Below, in pieces: positions 49,052-56,486 of a stretch of 56,486 nucleotides of DNA. A program made the translations under genes and the position numbers. The notes beneath the pieces were generated by a model. The model was not told the DNA's origin. It ran no database searches and worked only from the letters and a program-made list of their open reading frames with translations. Position 1 is the first letter of the stretch. The number at the start of each line of letters is the position of its first letter. The DNA is taken from NCBI GenBank assembly GCA_964501035.1, contig CAZCRK010000005.1, positions 1-56,486 of the forward strand, written 5' to 3'.

Positions 49052-50380
49052 TTAATCCTCTAATTGAATAATGTTTGTTTGTCCAATTTCTTCACATTGG
49101 TGTTTTATCTTTTCCGCATCCCCTAAAACTACAATTACAACCTTATCAAGTGGAAAATATTTTTTGATGCAGTGGTTCACATCATCAAGTGAGACCTGTT
49201 GAAGGTTTTGAATATAATTTGACACCCAATCTTCTCCTCTTTGGAAAAAATGACTGTTAAGCATATTAGCAACTTTATCACCATCTGTTTGTAGTGAAAG
49301 TGGAAATGTACCAGACATATAATTAACTGCAACATTTAGTTCACGTTGGTTAATTCCATTTTCGTGGAATACTTTTAGTTCTTTCAAAATTACATCTAAA
49401 GTTTGTTGTAATGTTTCATTTTGTGTAAACGTTTGAATTGAAAAGGTCCCAGGATGTTTGCTTATTTGAAATCCACTCCCAATTGAATATGTAAGTCCCC
49501 TTTTTACACGCACTTCTTCCATTAGCCTTGATGTAAATCCGCCTCCAAGAATTGTGTTTGCAACGCGAATTGGAAAATAATCATCATTAGTTGCAGAAAT
49601 ACCAACACTTCCTAGTTTAATTTGACATTGTTGAAGTTGAGGCTTATGAACCAAGTATATTTCACGTGAGTCAATGTTTCGAACAGAAAACTGCTTACCG
49701 CTTGCGAGCCTGTTTCTTTCCCAATTTCCAAAGTATATTCTGCAAAATTTAACGACATCAGTTTTGGTTATATTTCCTGAAATAGCCAAGGTTGCATTTT
49801 GTGGGGTAAATCGTGTTTGATAGTCGTCTTTTAATTGATGTGATATGATGGATTGGATAACTTCTTTTCCACCAAATACAGGTAATGAATAGGGGTGATT
49901 TTTACCGAAAAACAATTTTTGAAAATAAAGTGAATTTAAAGTAGATGGGTTATCTTTTATTCCATCAATTGCAGTAAGAATTCGTTTTTTTTGTCGTTCC
50001 AATTCGCTATCTAAAAACGTTGGTTTTAATATAACTTCAGAAAACAATTTAAATGATTGATCGATATTGTTTGATAAAAATTCACCAGAAACTATGGTTC
50101 TGTCGTACATAGTAGAGACTCCGATGAAACCACCTAAGTAATCAACTGCTTCAGCAAACTCAGTTGCGTTTAAACCATTTACATGAGAGGTTAATAATTC
50201 TCCTTGTAAAAAAGATATACCATCGGCAGATCCGCTCTGGTAGGGGGTTGAATCAATTTGACATTTAACATTAATTATAGGGAGATCATTGTTTTCGAAA
50301 AACAAAATTGTTACTCCATTTTCTAATTGGATTGTTTCATAATTAAAAGGAATTGTTTCCCATTTTTGATTCATGTTCAT
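49052..50380 (-). CDS. M16 peptidase, non-catalytic subunit
   Basis: No HxxEH; LGGGFTSRLMEEVRVKRGLTYS (R/Y pair). Confidence 0.85.
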   Translation of the reverse strand: MNMNQKWETIPFNYETIQLENGVTILFFENNDLPIINVKCQIDSTPYQSGSADGISFLQGELLTSHVNGLNATEFAEAVDYLGGFIGVSTMYDRTIVSGEFLSNNIDQSFKLFSEVILKPTFLDSELERQKKRILTAIDGIKDNPSTLNSLYFQKLFFGKNHPYSLPVFGGKEVIQSIISHQLKDDYQTRFTPQNATLAISGNITKTDVVKFCRIYFGNWERNRLASGKQFSVRNIDSREIYLVHKPQLQQCQIKLGSVGISATNDDYFPIRVANTILGGGFTSRLMEEVRVKRGLTYSIGSGFQISKHPGTFSIQTFTQNETLQQTLDVILKELKVFHENGINQRELNVAVNYMSGTFPLSLQTDGDKVANMLNSHFFQRGEDWVSNYIQNLQQVSLDDVNHCIKKYFPLDKVVIVVLGDAEKIKHQCEEIGQTNIIQLED

Positions 50381-51651
50381 TTTGATTTCCCTTCAGGAAC
50401 TACATGAACAATCGTTCTATTTGATTTAGACAAGTATTGTTTTGCACACTGTTTTACATCTTCAACAGTAACACTTTTATATCTATTTGGTAAATCAAAA
50501 AAGGTGTTTGAATCACCCAATAGTAATTCATGATTTGTCAGAGTTGAACATTTTCCATGAAGAGAGCTGACGTCGTGAACTATTGATGTAAACAACATGT
50601 TTTTAGCTTTATCTAATTCTCTTTGGGAAATAGGATTATCTAGAAAATTCTGCAATTCATCATCTAATATGTTTAGTACATCTTTCCCAGAATATCCATT
50701 TTGAACTGTAAACCCGATAGTCAACAATTCATTATCTTTTCCCCAATGAAAATTAGCATGGCAATTAATTGTAATTTGTTCTTCATAAACCAACCGTTTA
50801 TGTAGTCTAGAACTTTCTCCCTCGCTTAATAAAAATTGAAGAATATCTAAAACGGGAAAAGATGGATGTTTCGTATTTATTGCATGATACCCAATTAACA
50901 CATGTTCAATATCGGTTGGCTTTTCTATTTGGATATATTTTTGTTTTGATTGTGTGGGCTCAAAAACATCCTCTTCATCTGGCAAATTAAATGGTTGGAT
51001 ATCCCCATAAAATGTTTCAATCAACTTTACACCAGTCTCAATATGAAGATTTCCAGCTAAGACCAAAATGGCATTATTTGGAGCGTAATATTTTTCATAA
51101 AATGATTGACAATCATCTAAGTTTATGGATGCAATATCATCCATCCATCCTACAATTGGATTTCTATATGCATGATGTGTATAAGCATGTTTATAAAGAG
51201 TTTCCCAAAGAGTGCCTTGTATAGAATCCTCTACAGCCATTCGTCTTTCTTCTTTAACAACTTCTCTTTCAGATGTGAGCATACTTTCAGTTAAAGCTAG
51301 ATTCTGTATTCGGTCTCTATCCATATCTAATATTTGTTCGATATTCTTTGATGGAAACATTTCAAAGTAAGAGGTAAAATCTCGGGAAGTCCACGCATTT
51401 GAGTACCCACCTTGTGATTCAAGAATAGTATCGAACTGTCCTTTAGGATATTTCTTAGATCCGTTAAACATCATATGTTCAAAAAGATGTGCAATGCCAG
51501 TTTTATCATTATGCAGGTTTTGACCGCCTACATCAAATGTTATTGTTGAACAAATAATGGGCAACGAATTATCTTCAATTATCATTGCTTTGAGTCCATT
51601 ATTTAATTGTACTTTGTGTACTGGAAATTGAAAAGATAAGTTATTTTTCAT
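50377..51651 (-). CDS. M16 peptidase, catalytic subunit
   Basis: GIAHLFEHMMF, NAWT and EREVVKEERR motifs. Confidence 0.9.
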   Translation of the reverse strand: MKNNLSFQFPVHKVQLNNGLKAMIIEDNSLPIICSTITFDVGGQNLHNDKTGIAHLFEHMMFNGSKKYPKGQFDTILESQGGYSNAWTSRDFTSYFEMFPSKNIEQILDMDRDRIQNLALTESMLTSEREVVKEERRMAVEDSIQGTLWETLYKHAYTHHAYRNPIVGWMDDIASINLDDCQSFYEKYYAPNNAILVLAGNLHIETGVKLIETFYGDIQPFNLPDEEDVFEPTQSKQKYIQIEKPTDIEHVLIGYHAINTKHPSFPVLDILQFLLSEGESSRLHKRLVYEEQITINCHANFHWGKDNELLTIGFTVQNGYSGKDVLNILDDELQNFLDNPISQRELDKAKNMLFTSIVHDVSSLHGKCSTLTNHELLLGDSNTFFDLPNRYKSVTVEDVKQCAKQYLSKSNRTIVHVVPEGKSK

Positions 51652-51733
51652 AAGATGTTATCATATTGAAGCATGAAATTTAGCTATTAAATACTACTAT
51701 TTCCTTAAATAGTTTCACAGTAAAAGGATTTAA

Positions 51734-52507
51734 ATGAATCAGTTTAATGCTATTCACATTTTAAAAGAATCTTGGCAAGTTGCTAAAGAAAAGTTAAACT
51801 CATTACTAAGTGTTGTTGGAATCATAATTTTGTTTAATTTAATTAGTTCTTTGTTAAATACATCAATTTCAGAAAACTCCTTACAGCATGGCTTTATTTT
51901 CAATATTGCTTCTAGATTATTTTTGATGGGATTATCATTAGGTGCGATTCGTATTGTTTTAAATATTATTCATAGAACTGAAGTGAACATAACGGAAATT
52001 TTTGGATATTTTCATAAATTAGTACCATACATAATTTCGTCGTTTATATTTGGAATTTTCGTGTTATGCGCTGTTACCCCAGCCATATTGTTTTTAATCA
52101 ATGCAGTTGGAACTGATGTATTTGCACCATTTTTAGCAAATGATTTATATGAGTTAACGACTTTGTTAAACATGAAAGAATTCCCAATTCCAGACTTTGA
52201 TTTGGGAGTTTTAAATGGAATAATATTTTTGCTTTTACTTGTCGTTCCACTTTCATTTGTCTATTTAAGATTGTTATTTTTTGACTATTTCATCATAGAC
52301 AAAGATACACATCCGATTGATGCTTTGAAATCAAGTTTTTATATCACACAGGGTTCGGTTGGTGAAATGTTAAAGCTAATACTAATTCTAGCAATAATTA
52401 ACTTTATAGGTGCGTTACTTATGTTCGTTGGATTGATTTTTACCATCCCAGTTTCTATGATTTCATTGGGATTGGCATATAAAACGCTTCTTAATCAGAA
52501 AATTTAA
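51734..52507 (+). CDS. Integral membrane protein (DUF975-like)
   Basis: Several TM helices; IDALKSSF.ITQG motif. Confidence 0.6.
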   Translation: MNQFNAIHILKESWQVAKEKLNSLLSVVGIIILFNLISSLLNTSISENSLQHGFIFNIASRLFLMGLSLGAIRIVLNIIHRTEVNITEIFGYFHKLVPYIISSFIFGIFVLCAVTPAILFLINAVGTDVFAPFLANDLYELTTLLNMKEFPIPDFDLGVLNGIIFLLLLVVPLSFVYLRLLFFDYFIIDKDTHPIDALKSSFYITQGSVGEMLKLILILAIINFIGALLMFVGLIFTIPVSMISLGLAYKTLLNQKI

Positions 52508-53202
52508 GTTGATAACCTTTCAATTTCTTTCTGAATCTTTTCCAATAGTCCATTTACCCCAAGTACCTCATAGTCATCAGGATTTGTAGGTGCACCAACT
52601 GTTAAAACAACTTTTCCGGGTTTTAGTGTCCACCTAGTTTTGGGTTTAAACTCAAACGCCCCTTTTACTCCAACTGGAATAATAGGTGTTTGTGTATTTA
52701 CTGCCATGTGAAAGCCACCTTTTTTCAAGCGTTTTACTTTTCCATCTGTTGTTCGAGTTCCTTCAGGTAAGATGCCAATATGATATCCCTCTTTTAATAT
52801 TTTTTCTGCTTTTTCTATCCCGCGAATTGATTGAATGCGATTTGAGCGATCAATTGATACAGCCCGAATTCGTTTTAAAATTTGTGAGTAGATAGGATAT
52901 GAAAAATTCTTCTTATCAGCAATACCTGTAAATTTTCCTTTGATAAGTAATGGGAAAATAAATGAATCAATAAAACTTGAATGGTGCATCATAACAATGA
53001 AGGTGCCTTTATTAGGAATCGAACCAACTACCTTTGCATTTACACCTAGTGCTATTAATCCACCTCTGCAAAATGGTTTAATGAGTTTATAAGCAAAATT
53101 GATTGGTAATATAAAAAACCCAATTAGAGTTATGAGACCAAATGTTAAAAAATAAAGTGAAAATAGTATGTATCGAATAAAACTGTGAATAACTGAAAAC
53201 AT
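52504..53202 (-). CDS. plsC: 1-acyl-sn-glycerol-3-phosphate acyltransferase
   Basis: HSSFID, IDR, PEGTR and KKGGF motifs. Confidence 0.85.
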   Translation of the reverse strand: MFSVIHSFIRYILFSLYFLTFGLITLIGFFILPINFAYKLIKPFCRGGLIALGVNAKVVGSIPNKGTFIVMMHHSSFIDSFIFPLLIKGKFTGIADKKNFSYPIYSQILKRIRAVSIDRSNRIQSIRGIEKAEKILKEGYHIGILPEGTRTTDGKVKRLKKGGFHMAVNTQTPIIPVGVKGAFEFKPKTRWTLKPGKVVLTVGAPTNPDDYEVLGVNGLLEKIQKEIERLST

Positions 53203-54263
53203 TAAAATGGATTCTCCTTGGTTAAATAAGGGAAAAGTTTATGGTTTGCTTTAGGAAATGCTAACATTTGTAACTCATTGGGAGAAATCCATTTCCATTC
53301 TTCTTTTAGTTTAGGGCTTATATTTTCTTGATCCATTTTGCAGTTAAATGCTGAAAGTGTAATTGAAAAGTGACTATAACTATGTTTAATAGTAGCAATT
53401 TTACTTCCAATATTTACATTAAGATTAAGTTCTTCATCAATTTCACGTTTAATACAGGATTCAATAGATTCCTTGTTTTTTACCTTCCCACCAGGGAACT
53501 CCCAAAGTCCCCCTAAATGGCCATTTGATTTTCGTTTATTGACAAATATTTTATCATTATTCCAAATTACACCAACACCGACATTATAATGTGGAATGTT
53601 TTGTTTTTTAACGAGAACTGGATACTTATCAACAATATTATCACCAAAAGATTTACAACTTGGATTAATTGGACAAGCATTGCATTGAGGTGATTTAGGT
53701 GTACAAACATATCTTCCTAAATCCATTAAGGCTTGATTAAAATTTCCTGGTGATTTTTTTGGAATATGCTCATTTAGAAAACATTTGATACTTTGAATTC
53801 CTTGTGATTGGGTTTGGTTTATACATAAAACACGTGACATTACCCGTTTAACATTTGCATCTATCACAGGAAGGGATATATTGCATGCAATTGACAAAAC
53901 AGCTGATGCAATATAATCACCCACACCAGGTAAAGAAACAAATTCTTCATAAGTAGTAGGGATTATACCTAAATACTTATTGTGGATTACCATATTTGCT
54001 CGTCTAAAGTTTCTCACACGAGAATAGTATCCCAATCCTTCCCAATATTTTAACACATCATGTTCACTCGCTTGAGCTACTTCGCGTGTTGAAGGGAATT
54101 TTTCTAACCATTTTAAGTAATAAGGGATTACAGTTTTTATCTGAGTTTGTTGTAACATTACTTCAGACAACCATATTTTGTAAATATCAGTTTCACCCCG
54201 CCAAGGCATCTGCCTGTTACTTTTCTGATACCATTGTTGTAATTTTGTTGAAAATTGACTCAT
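53202..54263 (-). CDS. mutY: A/G-specific adenine glycosylase with a C-terminal Nudix domain
   Basis: WLSEVMLQQT, WEGLGYYSR, LPGVG HhH and 4Fe-4S Cys motifs; start set at ATG 54263. Confidence 0.93.
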   Translation of the reverse strand: MSQFSTKLQQWYQKSNRQMPWRGETDIYKIWLSEVMLQQTQIKTVIPYYLKWLEKFPSTREVAQASEHDVLKYWEGLGYYSRVRNFRRANMVIHNKYLGIIPTTYEEFVSLPGVGDYIASAVLSIACNISLPVIDANVKRVMSRVLCINQTQSQGIQSIKCFLNEHIPKKSPGNFNQALMDLGRYVCTPKSPQCNACPINPSCKSFGDNIVDKYPVLVKKQNIPHYNVGVGVIWNNDKIFVNKRKSNGHLGGLWEFPGGKVKNKESIESCIKREIDEELNLNVNIGSKIATIKHSYSHFSITLSAFNCKMDQENISPKLKEEWKWISPNELQMLAFPKANHKLFPYLTKENPF

Positions 54264-54685
54264 ACTGATTGAGAACGTTTCATGACCATTTCCCATGATA
54301 ATTTTTCAAGTAACTCATGAATTGTATCAATCTCATCGATGCCTATTTTTTGTAATATATCAAATGTTGATTCATCTATTTTGGCATTGAGTAAATCTAC
54401 GATTTCATCTCCACTAGATGTCAATTTAATATAAAATATTCGCTTGTCTAAATGATCTTGCTCTCGTTGCACAAAACCCATTGAATTGAGTTTATTATAA
54501 TTTCGTGTAAGAGTGCTATTATCAATACCTAATAAAGATGCAAGTTTTGCCATTGGAATGCCTTCAAATGGAACAGAGAGTAGAAAATATGCTTGAGCCA
54601 TAGTTATTTGGTAACTAGATGCAATATGTCTGACCATAGCATTCATGTTTATTGAGATATCTAGTAACTGTTCGGATAAATTCAT
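54260..54685 (-). CDS. MarR family regulator
   Basis: LASLLGIDNSTLTR and DKRIFYIKLT motifs. Confidence 0.88.
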   Translation of the reverse strand: MNLSEQLLDISINMNAMVRHIASSYQITMAQAYFLLSVPFEGIPMAKLASLLGIDNSTLTRNYNKLNSMGFVQREQDHLDKRIFYIKLTSSGDEIVDLLNAKIDESTFDILQKIGIDEIDTIHELLEKLSWEMVMKRSQSV

Positions 54686-54711
54686 AGTTGTATATTACAA
54701 CATAAATAAAG

Positions 54712-55368
54712 TTATTCAAATAAAGAAATTAAAAGAGTTTCATTTATATCATCTAAATGATCGACAACAGCGTTTGCTTTAACTAGTTCACAAGACTCCA
54801 CAGAACCTGAAAGTGCAATAACTTTTGCACCAGCAGATAGTCCTGAAGCAATCCCATGAACGGAATCTTCTACAACAACACACCTACTTGGAATTACACT
54901 TAAGTTTTCCATCATTGTTAAATATGGTTCAGGATGGGGTTTGTTATTTTTTGTCATACCACCATAAATAATGCTATTGAAATGACTACTCACTTTTAAT
55001 TTATCATCAACCCATCTATACATCTCTTTATTTGTGGCGGTTACTAGCCCCTTTTTTATGTGAGATATACGATTAATCAAATCAAGAAACCCTGGCATGT
55101 AATCGAGCTGTTGACTAAAAACATCTAATAAATATTTCTTCCCTTTTTTCATAAATATTTTTCTGTCTTCTGTAACTTTATATCGACTCATACTTAAGGT
55201 ATAAAAATGATCTTCAGAAGAACCTCTGAATAGTTTCCAGTCCTCATCAGGAATAGTGACACCATATTCCTTAAACAACTTGATTTCTGCTTGAGCATAT
55301 AAGCGTTCTGAATCTAATGTTACACCATCCATATCAAATATGATGGCATCCATAAAATTTTGTATCAT
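54712..55368 (-). CDS. HAD-superfamily phosphatase
   Basis: FDMDG, KPHPEPY and VEDS..G motifs. Confidence 0.9.
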   Translation of the reverse strand: MIQNFMDAIIFDMDGVTLDSERLYAQAEIKLFKEYGVTIPDEDWKLFRGSSEDHFYTLSMSRYKVTEDRKIFMKKGKKYLLDVFSQQLDYMPGFLDLINRISHIKKGLVTATNKEMYRWVDDKLKVSSHFNSIIYGGMTKNNKPHPEPYLTMMENLSVIPSRCVVVEDSVHGIASGLSAGAKVIALSGSVESCELVKANAVVDHLDDINETLLISLFE

Positions 55369-56486
55369 GGAAGTGCGGTTATTGTTTTACAATGGTTATA
55401 GAAAAAATCTTTAGTATTTTCAATATCATTATGCTTGGTTGGACGAATAAAAGCATGATGATCTTTTTTGAATTTAGCAATAACTTGCCAAACACCTGGC
55501 TGATAATGCTTGGGGAAGTAATCAATGCGTTCTGAACCCCACATACCAGAAGTAGGTCCAGCCATAGAAACAGTATTCACAACACCATCATTTTCAAGCC
55601 ATTGAGGGTTGGGTGCTTTTTTATCCCTACCCATAGTATATGCAGGTGACCATAAATACCAAAAAGTTCCACCATCTGGTACATGATTCCCTGATTTCTT
55701 TTCATGTGTAGTTGATGTTGTAATTGAAAAATAATAGGTACTATCATTCGATGAATATTTAGAATTAAATGTTCTAGCTCCATCAATTGATAAATCCCAT
55801 GCTGAAAAGTTAGTTGAATTATCAAAAGGAAGATTTGCAATTCGTTTCATATATAAGGAAAATGATTCATTATTATTTTTTTCTAAACCCCACTGCTCCA
55901 GATCAAGATCAAAGAATTTTTCAATACTTTTGTTCGTATTAACCACTCCCAACCATTTTGACATTTTTTGTGCAAATGGAAAAATATTTTTCATAATAGG
56001 TGCAAGTGTTGTCCCATCGTGCGGTGTAGATATTGTGGTAATGCTTTTTATCCAATCATCATGGCTATGTGTAAGTAAGTCGTTGTCTTCATTTTCAAAA
56101 GATTGTTGCAACAAATACTCTAACATTCGTGCAGTAGTACCACCCTGACTATGACCAATAATATGTACTGGATGTTCAGCATCCCATTGAGGATAAAATC
56201 CATCATATATTTTAGTATCAGGTTTTTGTATTAATCCAAATTTTTCAGAATGTGTTTTGCCATAATCGACTTGCCCACCCTTTATTTGGGCATACAATTC
56301 GACTGCTCTATCCCAGTTTGATGAAATTGGTCCAACTGAAGCTGTATAAACTGTAAAACCTTGCTCTATCAGATAACTTTCTAAATCGAATGAACCTCCC
56401 CAATAGTAATAACCGAGCATTTCATCACGTCCCCATCCAAAAAATCCATGCACTAGAATAATAGGGGGCTGGGAATTAGCAAAAAG
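55365..56486 (-). CDS. Lipase (Staphylococcus/Geobacillus-type), 5' end outside the window
   Basis: Frame is open to the edge (PPIILVHGFFGWG); SSNWDRAVELY, GHSQGG, ENDG and DH motifs. Confidence 0.88.
   Translation of the reverse strand, partial: LFANSQPPIILVHGFFGWGRDEMLGYYYWGGSFDLESYLIEQGFTVYTASVGPISSNWDRAVELYAQIKGGQVDYGKTHSEKFGLIQKPDTKIYDGFYPQWDAEHPVHIIGHSQGGTTARMLEYLLQQSFENEDNDLLTHSHDDWIKSITTISTPHDGTTLAPIMKNIFPFAQKMSKWLGVVNTNKSIEKFFDLDLEQWGLEKNNNESFSLYMKRIANLPFDNSTNFSAWDLSIDGARTFNSKYSSNDSTYYFSITTSTTHEKKSGNHVPDGGTFWYLWSPAYTMGRDKKAPNPQWLENDGVVNTVSMAGPTSGMWGSERIDYFPKHYQPGVWQVIAKFKKDHHAFIRPTKHNDIENTKDFFYNHCKTITALP

Noticed and set aside
54264..54296. Longer mutY start
   Set aside because: It lies inside marR; the ATGA overlap at 54263 is more plausible.

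Overview
An AT-rich bacterial chromosomal segment from a scaffolded assembly (100-N gap at 40822-40921). It is probably an FCB-group diderm such as Marinisomatota/SAR406; this is inferred from gene content, dockerin domains and base composition, not proven. Most of the window is housekeeping and envelope genes: a glycosyltransferase cluster with ispD-like, msbA, tsaC and lpxL genes; nfeD-floA; a complete A2-type caa3 cytochrome c oxidase operon with assembly genes; recG, valS, pepP, mscS and degP; a TetR-MMPL-LolA-like-beta-barrel operon; dapF; an M16 peptidase pair; plsC, mutY and a lipase. Five things are not explained by ordinary annotation. (1) A four-helix-bundle (bAvd/IVP-like) gene is enclosed by inverted heptamer tandem repeats, and the downstream arm is itself a translationally coupled 43-codon ORF. 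(2) Two intergenic sRNA candidates 7 kb apart have parallel architecture and complementary GGAGGAGG / CCUCCUCC motifs. (3) An integrase-less integron cassette array has an attI-like site, two cassettes and two attC sites. (4) A napA 5' fragment is joined out of frame to the 3' end of an HAO-family multiheme gene at a 10-bp sequence readable in both frames. (5) A TAAATT-N6-ATG signature recurs, suggesting leaderless mRNAs. No rRNA, tRNA, CRISPR array or transposase was seen.
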